DNA of 64,000 nucleotides from Neocallimastix sp. 'constans' (Eukaryota). Positions 40,658 to 52,969 of the stretch are shown in pieces. The stretch's first letter is position 1. Each line of letters opens with the position of its first letter. Where the stretch lies: positions 186,001 through 250,000 of the forward strand of contig JBODTK010000114.1 of assembly GCA_050613775.1 (NCBI GenBank), read 5' to 3'. Made by a program: the position numbers and the translations under genes. Under the pieces are notes generated by a model, which was given only the letters and a program-made list of their open reading frames with translations, was not told where the DNA came from and ran no database searches.

Positions 40658-43615
40658 ATGGATACCAATAATCCAATGGTTAATTATCCAACTCCTCCTA
40701 CAACTTCACATAATTTTTCTGCATTTTCTTTTAATATTAAGAGTGATAGCCAAAATTATCCTTATTCTTATTCTCCTACCTTAAATAATTGTATTTCTTC
40801 AACTGATAGCTACCCAATAGTATCATCTAATATAAAAACAGAAGATAATACTGCCAGTCCAAATATGAATAATTATAACGGCATTAATATGTACAATACT
40901 ACTAGTATTATATCGGGTAATGATGGTTCCACTCTAAATTCTTCAAATAATAATAACAATAGTTATGGTAATACTACAGGTAATACCTATCCTACTTCAA
41001 ATCAAACTCCTTCTAATGATACCTTTTCTTCCTTCCAATCTTATTCAAATATAAATTATGCTAATATCAATAATTCAATACAACCTTTATCCCCAAAAGA
41101 AATGTAATATAATATAGAAAAAAAATTTTATTTTTATATACAAATAAAATTTATATAAATTATTATTATTATTATTATTATTATTATTTATTATTATTAT
41201 TTTATTAATAATTAAGGTTATTAATATAATAATATTTTTTTTTTATTTTTTTTTTTTATTATTATTATTATTATTTTTTTTATTATATATTTTTTTTTTT
41301 TTAAAAAATATATATATATATATATATATAGTTCATATATGGATAAATCACAAGTAATTGTTGATAGTACCCAACAAAATACCCCACAAAATTCATTTAA
41401 TGGTTATAATCAAGAATCAAATCAATCTTCACAACAAAATTATGTAAATTATAATACTTTTTCAGATCAAAGTAATAATCAATTTAATAATAATAATAAT
41501 TCAACAGGTATAAATAATAATAGTAATAATTTAACTCTTGATACCTCATTTTCTGGATCAAATAATGATACCTCTTCTTCTCTTATGTATGCTAATAATG
41601 GTCAAGAAAATAATAACTCCTATGATATTAAAACGCCTACATGTCCTAATAGTCAAATGAATTCTAATCAAGTCAATACTCCTCCAACGACTCCAATGCC
41701 TGAAAAAAGTAAAAAGAAGCGTGGTGATCATATTCATTATAATATTAAGACAAATATGTTTGAGGAAACTCAACAATACTATGAAATTTTTAACTATGAA
41801 AAAACAAAACCTTACAATATTCGAATTATTCCAAAGGTTGATCGTGGTTTTTTCCCTACCGGTCCTGAAAATGATTTCACTTGCTATCGTAGAAATTATT
41901 TCCAAATAAGTGTGTCATTCACCGCTGATAACATAAAGAATCCTAATGAATTTACAATGCCTTCTGTAATGAAATTTGGTGACAGCTTTTTAACTGTTGA
42001 AAACTTTTATATTGGTATTTGTGCCAAGGTGAAAGGTGGAACTAAAGCAATTCGTGTCGTTCAACAAACTGCTAAACGTGAAAAGGGTCCACAAAATAAA
42101 CCGGTTCCAAAATTGTGTAAGCCTGGTGGTAATCCAAGCTACTATCATGGACTTACTTCTAATCAATCCATTGTTACCTTTGAACGTCTTCAATTTAAAT
42201 CGGCTACACCAAATAGTAGTAAAAGATCTGGTACTCAACAATTCTATACCTTAGTTATTGATTTATATGCCGATACGACACAACATAAACGTTATAAGGT
42301 TGCTTCTATTGAATCTAAACGTCTTATCGTAAGAGGTAGAAGTCCAGGTCATTACGCAGCTAATGGTGAATATGATAATATCCCCTTTTCAAATCGTTCT
42401 CTTTCCACCTCTTCTACTGAATCCACTACCACCACCACCAACAACACCACCACCAACACCACCACCAACAACAACAATACTACCACCAACAACAACAATA
42501 CTACCACCAACAACAACAATACTACCACCAACAACAACAATACTACCACCAACAACAACAATACTACCACCAACAACAACAATACTACCACCAACAACAA
42601 CAATACTACCACCAACAACAACAATACTACCACCAACGCCTCCACAAATGCCACCTGCACTGCCAATTGTCCATCCTATTATGGTAATGGTAATCAAGGT
42701 TACGGTAATAATGGTAATGATTCATATCCTACAGGTGGTGGTAATAACTACTCCACAGATTATAATAATATGGGAGGTGACCTAACGTCGATTTCTTCCA
42801 ATCAAGATTCCATCAACTATAATAATAACTATACCAATAATCAAAATATGAACTTTATGGCAGCTTCTACAAATAATAATCAATTCCAATCCAATATGAA
42901 TTCCAATCAATCCCCTTATACCCCTTCCTCCTATTCTCAACTTCCATATAATGACAGTGGAAATAGCTATGATAATTATAATTCAACTGCATCTTCAGCT
43001 AATTCTTCTGCTATTACTGGTACTTCCTATCCTAATGAAAGTGCTGGCACTATCCCTAATAATAATGGTGGAGATCCTGGTTTTAATTATCAAAATAATA
43101 ATAATTTTTCATCCACCAATGATTCCTCAAATTCTTATTATTCCTTTAATAATTCTTCTATGGATTCATCCTCACAAAACGGTTATATGTATCAAACTCC
43201 ACCATTACAACCTCAACAAAATCCAAGTCCACAATCCATTGATCCTACTCTGACCTATAATGTTTCAAAACAAGAGGTAATTAATCCATATTCTACCGAT
43301 AGTCAAAATGCCTATTCTCCATACGTACAAGGTACTGTAAATCTCTTCCCATCTCAAACTCAATCCTCTGATCCATCCTCTTATTCATCAAATAATTATT
43401 ATCCTCAAAATACTAACAGTAATACTCAAATGTCCCAAAATGTAAATACCGGCAATAATTCTCAATATTATTCACAAAATAATCAAGATCTCATATTTTC
43501 CACTCTTCCATTCAATCAAACAGATTCCTTTACCACCCCCGATCAATCCAACCTCATTGCTCAAAGTCAACAACAACAACAAACATCAAATACTGTAAAT
43601 TCTATGAATCAATAA
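40658..43615 (+). CDS. NDT80: NDT80/PhoG-family transcription factor, 2 exons (40658-41103, 41332-43615), about 909 aa
   Basis: Domain motifs PKVDRGFF, FTCYRRNYFQIS, QQTAKREKGPQ, VTFERLQFKSAT and LIVRGRSPGHY. A GT..AG intron at 41104-41331 (phase 2) joins the two track ORFs in frame. N/S/Q-rich flanks. The symbol denotes family; orthology is untested. Confidence 0.93.
42428..42637 (+). repeat. In-frame 21 bp coding minisatellite (TTTNNNN)n in NDT80
   Basis: About eight copies of accaccaacaacaacaatact directly after the DNA-binding domain. Confidence 0.95.
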
Positions 43616-43628
43616 AATTAAGGAAAAG

Positions 43629-43661
<33 letters not shown>

Positions 43662-44138
43662 TTAAAAGAGAAAAAGTATTGAACCGAATTTAAATTATAT
43701 AGCATTCCCAAATTTTATCCATTATTATTTTTTTTTCTTAACAATTTTTTTTTTTTATTTCATTTTAAATAAAACGAAAAAAAAAAAAATGTTAAGATAA
43801 TACAATTATTAATATTATAATATTATTATGGATTACAGTTATTAAATCATTAATATCTTTATTTATAGTTAATTAAAAAATTTTCTAACTAAAGTGATAT
43901 TGATCTATAAAGATGATAGATATATTTAAATTTAGTATATATTTTATATTTTTTTAATATATATATAAATCATAGATAATTATTTAAATATTTTTAAATT
44001 TATTAAAGACATTATTATTATAATTATTATTTTTTAGAAAGAAAAAATTCAAAATCATCGCATTCTTTTTTTTTTATTATTATTATAATTTTTTTCTTCT
44101 TCTTTCTTTACAATAATAAATATTTATTGTTATTTTAT

Positions 44139-44187
<49 letters not shown>

Positions 44188-44789
44188 AAAGATTACATAT
44201 ACGGGTTTTTTTTTTTTTTTTAAAAAAATACTAATTTTATTTTATTTTATTTTTTATTCTTATTATATAAAATTATTAAATTTAAATTTAAATTTATTTA
44301 TTAATATTTTTTTTATTTTTTTTTTTTCTTATTATTTTTTTATTTTAAATTTTATTCATATATATTGTTATAATATAATATATATACAAAAAGATAGAAA
44401 TAGAAAAACTTTTATATTTATATATATAAAAGTTTTCTTTTTATTAACAAAATATATTTTTTTACAATTTAATATAATATTTAAGATAAAAATGTAATAT
44501 AATATTAATAATATTAAAATAAGATATAAAAATTAAATAAATATAAAAAGAAAAAAATGTTTAGATATATATTTTTGATAAAATAAATTATCTGTCTTAA
44601 TCTTTCTTATTTTTATTTTTTTTTATTTTATATATTTAATTTATCATTTATTTTTTTATTTTATTTTTATTTTATTTTATTTTTTTATTTTTATTTTAAA
44701 TTAAACATTTTTTTTTTTTTTTTTTTATTTTTTTTTATTTTTAGTTTTTTATTTTTAATTTATAAATTATTTTTTATTTATAATTATTC

Positions 44790-45790
44790 AAAACACTGAG
44801 CTTGATATGAAAAATAATCATTTTCATCAAAAAATAAAATCAAACTGTATTATAAAAGATCTTATTAAATCTATTCCCAAAATGCCTTATTTTTCCTGGA
44901 CTAAAGAATCTAGAACACTATATAAAAAAAATCAAAAAATATAAATGTGAAAAATATAACGATATTTTAGAACGTTACTGGAAATCAGTTGCCAAATTTC
45001 AAGGTATTAAAGGTCAAAATTACGATTGTAATAAGTTCTCAAACAATAAAGCTATAATTATGTTTAGCTTAAAATATCCCCAATTCAACTTTAGGGTTTT
45101 CGTGGATTATACGTTTACGCTGTGGTTATAAATACAATACTACTATTGCTATTAGAATGGGCAGAGTTTCAGAAGATTGTCCCAAGTCTTGCCCCTGTTG
45201 TGGCGAAGATAAACAATCTTTTGAACATTGGATTTTTAAATGCGGATGCTCTTGCATCTTTTAGATGGAATTCTTTAAATTTCATCGATGATCTCTATGT
45301 TTTTTTTTTTTTTTTTTTTTTCATTCCTTAGGAAGATTAGAGCGTTTAATCCTCTTTCTTCCTATGACTCTATTTCTAATTTTGAAGATTATATCAATCA
45401 TTATATATACTTGTTCCTTCTTGGTGGGACTTTAGTTTTAAATGAGCTACATTTCGATAGTGGGGAATGGAGACAATTAAATAAACTACTTTTCAAAAGG
45501 TTCATCTGAGTCACCTGTTCCAAAAAATTGTGGGCTTGGCGGAATTCTTAACAAGTGCAATACCTATCATAAGTAATTTCGTTTGAGCTATTATTTGATA
45601 GGTATTGCAAAAATACCAAACTTATCCAAGAGCGTCGACGTCGTACGTACTGATAAGGCATAATGATAAATACAGGATCAGCATCTATTTCTACGAAAGG
45701 ATGAATCTTGCCCTAGTAGTTCAATAGATGATGAATCCGGGGAAAGTTTAGTGGACACCATACTATCTATTTTAAAGATGTTACTACTTC
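44790..45790 (+). mobile_element. Decayed LINE ORF2 3' end, copy 1
   Basis: CIIKDLIKSIPKMPYFSWTKESR, WIIRLRCGYKYNTTIAIRMGRVSEDCPKSCPCCGE...EHWIF (C-terminal CCHC-type finger), FLLGG, and a shared 3' motif agtttagtgga.cacca.acta. Confidence 0.7.
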
Positions 45791-46129
45791 TAAGTTCTTA
45801 TTTCTTTTTTATTTGTTAGGAAGGGAAAAATTCCCGCATAGTACAACTTGCCGAAATACATAGAATTTTCGAGCTTTTTTATTTTTTTATTTTTTAATTT
45901 TTTATTTTTAATTTCAAATGTACTTTTCACCTACATGTATTTTTTAAAATAAAATTTAATAAAGTTTTGGAAGTGTATTCTCTTCCCTGTCTAAAAAAAA
46001 AAAAAATAAATATAAAAAAATAAAATAAAAATAAAAAAAAAAAAAAAAAAAAATTAATATAAAAAAATAAAATAAAAATAAAATAAAAATAAAATAAAAA
46101 AATAAATAAAAAAATAAATAAAATAAATA

Positions 46130-46421
46130 AAAAGCTTCTGACCCTGAATGGTATTTCTGATTGAATTTTTTAAAGCCTTCTTTAGTAAATCTGATTTATC
46201 TGATAATCCAGACGATCTTTTCAGATGTTTCACTACTCTGATTGTACTAAATATCTACTTTTCATTATTTAACAAAATCTGGGATGATGATTTTCCCTCA
46301 AGAGAGTGGAATTTGGCTTCCATAATATCAATTCCAAAAAAAAAAAAAAAAAAAAAAACAAGTGAAAAAAAAAAAAAAAAAAAGTTTTATTGGGAAAGAG
46401 ATGTCTTCAAACCCTTAAAAG

Positions 46422-46466
<45 letters not shown>

Positions 46467-46526
46467 AAGTGAAATAAAAAAAAAAAAAGTTTTATTGGGA
46501 AAGAGATGTCTTCAAACCCTTAAAAG

Positions 46527-46559
<33 letters not shown>

Positions 46560-47420
46560 CAATTATTTACATATTTACAGGGAGAATGATTTTGGATTTA
46601 TTTCAGAAATTAAAGACTTTAACATTTCAATATCTTAAGTATCCATTGGGATTTCTTTTGGATTTCTCGAATTAGGTGTGGCTTTAAATTTGACATGAGT
46701 ACATCCATTAAAAGAAAAAATAGTCTCAGAAGATTGTCCCTAAATGTTGCCCTAAATGTTGCCCTAAATGTTACCCTTGTTGTGGTGTTAGTGTACCTAG
46801 CTTTTCTCACTGGAATTCTTTGCCTGTAAAGAATTGGACAATTACAGAAATAAATCTTTACCTTTTCAAGATGATCTCTTTTTGAAGTTTGCTATGATAA
46901 TTGAACAAAAAATCCTTGGATGCTTCTTTAGATTCAGAAAAGGATTATGATAATTATATTTATTATCTTTAATATTGAGTGCTCTTTTTAGCGAGCGTTC
47001 ATTATATATATATATATAAAAAAAAAAAAAAAAAAAAAAAAAATTAAAAAGTTAATGATGGGAGAAGAAAGACCATGAGTTGACAATATCTTTAAATAAA
47101 GTTCAACTTCGTCGACTGTTCCTGTATTTTGTGGGAATGGCGTAGTTTCTTAGCAAACGTTAATACCATTAATTTGTCGATCTTTTAGATTGATGATGAA
47201 TTGATATTCCGTTGAAATCTAACTGAATCTACCGTTGCCGAGAGCGTCGACTGTCGAAATGATAAGGCATGGATTTTTTTTTTTTTCAACCTCCCAGTGA
47301 AAGAACGGATACCAGATTTCGTTAGATAACACTAAATACAGAAATTATTACTCCCAATAATGGACGTGGTGTTTATCATCGAGGAATGGGAAAAAAGTTA
47401 GAGGCTATTGCTTTTAAACG
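46130..47420 (+). mobile_element. Decayed, internally deleted LINE, copy 2
   Basis: Pre-RT motif KAS.P.G..IEFFKAF...LFNKIW...REWNLASIISIPKK, then RIRCGFKFD...VSEDCP..PCCG at 46665-46786. Confidence 0.75.
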
Positions 47421-47502
47421 CACTTTTATAATTTTATTATATATAATATTTTATTTCATGTATTTTATTTTATTTATTTTTTTTTTCATCTAAATCATGT
47501 AA

Positions 47503-47536
<34 letters not shown>

Positions 47537-47594
47537 AATTAAATAAAGTTAATCTCTAAGTCTAAAAAAAAAAAAATTAAAAAAAAAAATTAAA

Positions 47595-49560
47595 AAAAGC
47601 CTACCACTCTGTTTCCCATTTTCAACAATTCTTATAAAAAAATCTTTCACCTTGGTACTAATGAACAAATGTTTTGATTTTCATTTCTAAATTCTATCTT
47701 ACTTCTTAAGCTAGAGCTCGTTACCTTGATAATGTTATCCAATGAATTTCCTATTTCATCGTGGTGTTAGACAAGGTTTGCCCATGCCCATTATCACCAC
47801 CAATTTTGGTTTAATTTTAATTTTATTCATTAAATAAATATTTGATAAACAATGGTGATAAAATATGGTGTTAGTATTGGGGTAATTTAAAAAAAAAATG
47901 TTGTGGAGATCTTTTTTTTTTTTTTTTTTTTTTTTGCTGATGATGATATCATTTCTCATAAGCGTCTACTAAAAGGAAAAATGAAGGCTTTACTTAATCG
48001 TCATATTTTTTTTTTTTTTTTGTTGGGCTAATAAATGTGAACTTTTTGGTACTTCTCTTCAAATAAAATACTTTTTTTTTTTTTTTTTTTTTTAGAAAAA
48101 AAAAAAAATTCAAAATATATCATTAAAGACCTCATAAATCATATCCCTTCCATGCCACGTTATTTCTTGGCCAAAAAAAAAAAAAAATAAATCACTGATG
48201 TTCTTGCAAGAAAATTAAAAAAAAAAAAAAAATAAATCACTGGTACTCTTACAGGAAAATTAAAAAATAAAAATCACTGGTACTCTTACAAGAAAATTAA
48301 AAAAAAAAATCACTGGTACTCTTACAAGAAAATTAAAAAAATAAAAATCACTGGTACTCTTACAAGAAAATTAAAAAAAAAATCACTGGTACTCTTACAA
48401 GAAAATTAAAAAAAAAATCACTGGTACTCTTACAAGAAAATTAAAAAAAAAAAAAAAAAAATAAAAATCACTGGTACTCTTACAAGAAAATTAAAAAAAA
48501 AAAAAAAAAAAAAAATAAATTATCACTAAATTCATATAAGATGTTATTGGTAATCATTATTGGTCTGATGTGGTTGGTAAATTCCATGGAATTTAAAGCT
48601 ACGAAAATTACGATTAACTTTAAATTTATAAATACTAGAAATTTTATTCAAGCTCAGCCTTGAATACCCTCATTGAAGTTTAGGTTTTTAACTTGGATCT
48701 TAAGATTAAGACCTCGTTACAAATATAATACCACTATTGCAATTAAAAGTAGGTAAGAGTCTCTGATGATTGTCCTAAAAATTCTGCCCTTGCTGTGGAA
48801 AAAAAAAGGGGATCAATCTTTTTTTTTTTTTTTTTATCCATTGGATATTTTGAATGCTCTCTACCTTTATTCTCTATGTTGATGTAAAAATCTTTAGATT
48901 TCATCCGATAACCTTTTCATTTTTTATTTACCAATAAAGTATGGAATCTTTCCTTATTTCCTTCTTTATTCTAACATTTTTTTTTTTTTAGAATTTGAAA
49001 AATTTTCATAAATAAGGTATATTTATATGTTCTTTCTTTGGTTGGTGTTTTCAGCTTTAGATGGAGCTTCACTTCACAATACTGGGGAACGGAGACATTT
49101 TAAGTGAACAACTCCTAAAAAAAAAAAAAAAAAGTTTACAAGAGGAGGAGAGTTTTACTTTTGCTTACTCTGTATATTGTAGAGGAGGGGGGCTTTCGGA
49201 ATATCTTATTAATAATCCAATATCAATATCGATTATCGAATCAATAGATCTCTTTGAGATATTTTTTTTTTGAGATATTAACAAAAAAAAAAAAATAAAC
49301 ACTACACTTTCATTACCAAGAGTGCGCCGACGTTGCTCAACGTCATACCCTACCGATAGGGTTTAAAGGAATCGTGCAGTTAGTGAGGAATAGTCCTGTT
49401 TTAATTCTCATCAGTACACATTTTACTAACAGTACAAATAGCATCGTTTCGAACATAGAACCTAGAGTTAAGTAATTCAACTTGTGATGATCCTTCTTGT
49501 GGTTCAGCGGAGAGTTTAGTGGATCACCACACTACACTATATTCTATTTTTTTTTTTTAA
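47595..49560 (+). mobile_element. Decayed LINE with reverse-transcriptase remnant, copy 3
   Basis: Frameshifted KAY.SV, SKARARYL, EFPI.HRGVRQG.CPLSP and KCCG.LFADDI, then KDLINHIPSMP, WILRLR..YKYNTTIAIK..VSDDCPK..PCCG, and the same 3' motif as copy 1. Confidence 0.82.
48189..48515 (+). repeat. Eight copies of ATCACTGGTACTCTTACAAGAAAATT separated by variable A-tracts
   Basis: Copies at about 48191, 48236, 48273, 48309, 48346, 48382, 48417 and 48467, inside LINE copy 3. Confidence 0.95.
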
Positions 49561-49569
49561 AGATGTGAC

Positions 49570-49900
49570 TTTTTTTTTTTTTTTTTTTTTGTTTTTGTTT
49601 TTTTGTTTTTGTTTTATTATTTTAGATTTAACTGGTGATGTGATCATGTTACTACACAGAGTAGTGGTTTTTTTTTTTCGATATTGATATTCATTCTTAC
49701 TGTTCTTGGACTAATATGAGTGAAGTAAGTTTATTATTTTTTTTTATTTTAAAAGAAATAAATTTTAATGTTTTATATCAAAATTAAAATGTTCTTTCAG
49801 TAGTACGGAAAACCTTTCCTATCTTCTTTCTTTCCTTCCTTCCTTCCTTCCTTCCTTCCTTCCTTCTCTAAATATATCATTTCAGTAGGTATAAATTTAG

Positions 49901-49934
<34 letters not shown>

Positions 49935-50530
49935 ATTTTCAATAATGTCTGTATCTCTTCCATCAAGAAGGAAGTTATCTACTCTATACCACGTTACATA
50001 TATATTTATACCACTCATTATTCAGAAAATTACTAATATTAACACGATTTTTACCAACTGACCAATTCATTATATAATTAATAATGATACCATTATTTTC
50101 ACTATTACTAATATTAATATTTCTATTTTCACTATCATTACTATTATTATTATTAACAACATTATTAATATCGTGATTATTATTATTAATATTAATAATA
50201 TACACTTCATTACTACTATCAGGATCAGTACTTGATTCAATATATTATTTATATCTGTAATAACAGTTTTTACATTACTACTTGATATTGGACAATATTT
50301 TGTAATTACAAAAAAAAATTTTTCATAAAGTATTTATACAATTTCAATATCTATAAAATATTTTATTCAAAATTCATGGAAAAGATAGTATTTAGAAAAA
50401 CCAATGTTTCAATAGAGAATTACTATTTTCTCCCTAACAACAAGGACAGTCTTTCTGAACAGTCGTCTTCCATCATAGTACATAAATTTATACAACATTT
50501 TTCTTTAATTCCTTCAATAAAGCATTAAAA
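49570..50530 (-). mobile_element. Decayed LINE 3' end on the minus strand, tail-to-tail with copy 3
   Basis: Minus strand reads QKDCPCC*GEN...HWFF (~50395-50460) and NFLLDGRDTD (~49950-49980). An A-rich tail appears as poly(T) at 49570-49615. Confidence 0.6.
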
Positions 50531-50808
50531 ATAAAGTTTAATTATTATTATAATAGATAAAAATATATATATATATATATATTATATAGATATAATATAA
50601 ATAAATAATGAATATATTTATAAATATATATAAATAGGATATAAATATGAATGATGGTAATTAACAATTGCATAATAATTTTAACATAATAATCAAAATA
50701 TTATATTCACTCTCTTCATAAATTAAAAGTTTTAAAAAAAATATAAAAAAATGAAAAGTTTAAAAAAAAATATAAAAAAATAAAGTATTTAATTCAGATT
50801 TGAAATAA

Positions 50809-50863
<55 letters not shown>

Positions 50864-51055
50864 AAAAAAAAATATTTTTTTATTTTTATGTTTTATTTTT
50901 TTTTTTTTTATTTTTTTTTTATTTTTATTTTATTTTATTTTTTTATATATATATTAAATTTTATAAATATTTAGAATATATAAAAAAAAATATGTAACTA
51001 TTTTTTATTTTTTTTATTAGAATTTAGGGTATATATGATATATATATATATATAA

Positions 51056-51100
<45 letters not shown>

Positions 51101-51265
51101 TTTTTTTAAATATTCATTATTCTTATTTAATTTATTAAAAATATATATAATAAATATATTTTTATAATAAATTTTTTTTTTCTTTATTTTATTTTGACGT
51201 ATTTATATTAAAAATTTAATAAAATTTTTTTTAATTATTATTATTTACTTTTTTTGTTTTAAAGT

Positions 51266-52969
51266 TTAAAGTAATTCACTGATGTTAGTACCTTGTGGTC
51301 TTCTGTTTTGTTGTTTTCTTCCATTACCATTACCATTTTGTTGTTGTTGTTGTTGTCTCTTATTGTTACCACCATTACCTTGGTTTGGTGCACTCTTTGG
51401 GAATAAAAGATTTATCGTTTCATCCTTATTATTATTCTTTTTACCTCCACCACTACGATTACCACTACGTCCATTGTTACCACCATTACCTGGTTGATGT
51501 TGTAAGATACCCCAAGCAAAACTGTCTGGGTATTCCGTTTCGGTGACCCAAGTGGCTGGTCTTGGATTAACAACCGATGGAGAAGACTTTTGCTCCATCT
51601 TTCTGTTGCCGGAATTACCCTTTCTTCCATTCTTTTGGTTTTCATCAGATGGAGAATCCTTGTTACCTGACTTCTTGGGCTTCCTACCAGTAATACGTTC
51701 ACGATATTGTTCTGGTGTTTGAGTCTTAATCGTCATTGGCTTTTCCTTAGCAACTTGTTGCTTCTTTGGCTTTTGTTGAGATGAAAGTTGTCTTTGCTTC
51801 TGTTGATTTGGAGCGACTGTTGGAACTCTGTTTTGAGAGAGTCTAGTTTCTCCTGGAATTGGAGAATTTTGACAAGCCATTACGGTGGCGACAGAGATGG
51901 ATTCTTTACCAGTAGTATTTTCATTGGCTTCAACCCAAGCTAAGGATCTATTGTATTCTGGACGGCCATAGTAGTGGAAGCCGTTATATCCTTGAGAAAG
52001 GATCTTTTGAGTGGCCATTTGGAATAATTTTTCATTGGCTGGCGTCCATTGAGCTGGACAGGTGTGAGATTCAAGAATTCTCTTACTTTGTCTTCTGAAG
52101 AGTTTCTTTTGTAATTTAGCCTTCTTTTGTAAACGTTTTTGATGAGAGAAGGTCTTATTGGCATTGATTTGTGAATTCTTGATTTCAGCTACTCCAAGAT
52201 TTTCTTTAATACTCTCTTGGTAAGCTTTGTAGGCCTTTTGATATTCGTCAGCAAAGGCATTCATCTTTTGAGTGTAACGTTTTACCAAGAGATTGGTCAC
52301 TCTTTCATGAGTGGCTCTCTGTCTTCTCTTGCTATTCATATCTTGTATTAATTGCTTCATACGGTAGGCGTGGACACCTGGTGGAGCCTTAGCAGCTTCC
52401 TTTAATATTCTTCTGTTAAGCTTCTTGCTTAATTCAGATTTTGGTTTCCTTTCTGGCTTGTATTGATACTTAACTTGAATTTCCTGAATTCTATCTAATT
52501 GAGAACGAATATCTCCTCTGTTGTGGAACTTACTGATATTTTCAACGATACTTTTTGTACTCTTCTTCCATTCATTGTTGGTGAAGTATTCCCAATTCGA
52601 TAATAAACGGAAAGTATTTCTAACCGAGGTATTTGGTTTAGTTGGTTTAACTGGCTTTGGTGGTTGTTGTTGTGGTTGCTTAATCTTTTGAGCTTGTTGT
52701 TGTTGAACTTGTTGCTTTTGTTGTTGTTGTCTTCTATTTTTTTGTTTTCCATTTTGTTTAGGTTCTTGTTGAACTTCTTGTTGAACTTGTTGTTGTGGTT
52801 GTTGTTGTGGTTGTTGTTGTTTTTGATTCTTCTTTGGACCTTTTTTATTGTTATTGAATTGTGGTTTTAAATCATTTTTAGTCATTTGATTTAAATCATT
52901 TAAGATTCTCTGTTGATTTAAAACGTTGGAAGAGTTGTTGTTGTTGTTAATAGTATTACGCTTACCCAT
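51266..52969 (-). CDS. Hypothetical basic, Q/N/K/R-rich protein, 567 aa, intronless
   Basis: A 1.7 kb open frame in a very stop-rich background, with aaaATG context and a complex central region (aa ~115-370) between low-complexity ends. No family recognised. Confidence 0.8.
   Translation of the reverse strand: MGKRNTINNNNNSSNVLNQQRILNDLNQMTKNDLKPQFNNNKKGPKKNQKQQQPQQQPQQQVQQEVQQEPKQNGKQKNRRQQQQKQQVQQQQAQKIKQPQQQPPKPVKPTKPNTSVRNTFRLLSNWEYFTNNEWKKSTKSIVENISKFHNRGDIRSQLDRIQEIQVKYQYKPERKPKSELSKKLNRRILKEAAKAPPGVHAYRMKQLIQDMNSKRRQRATHERVTNLLVKRYTQKMNAFADEYQKAYKAYQESIKENLGVAEIKNSQINANKTFSHQKRLQKKAKLQKKLFRRQSKRILESHTCPAQWTPANEKLFQMATQKILSQGYNGFHYYGRPEYNRSLAWVEANENTTGKESISVATVMACQNSPIPGETRLSQNRVPTVAPNQQKQRQLSSQQKPKKQQVAKEKPMTIKTQTPEQYRERITGRKPKKSGNKDSPSDENQKNGRKGNSGNRKMEQKSSPSVVNPRPATWVTETEYPDSFAWGILQHQPGNGGNNGRSGNRSGGGKKNNNKDETINLLFPKSAPNQGNGGNNKRQQQQQQNGNGNGRKQQNRRPQGTNISELL

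Noticed and set aside
41558..43253. Alternative-frame and antisense ORFs within NDT80
   Set aside because: Shadows of the real CDS and its 21 bp repeat.
45645..45705. ctgataag...cgaaa resembling a hammerhead ribozyme core
   Set aside because: CUGAUAA deviates from CUGANGA, no convincing stems were found, and the paralogous LINE copies do not preserve it.
48189..48515. Possible CRISPR array
   Set aside because: Spacers are A-tracts rather than unique sequences, and the array lies inside a LINE.
51282..52870. Short overlapping ORFs within the 567 aa gene
   Set aside because: Antisense or alternative-frame shadows of low-complexity codons.
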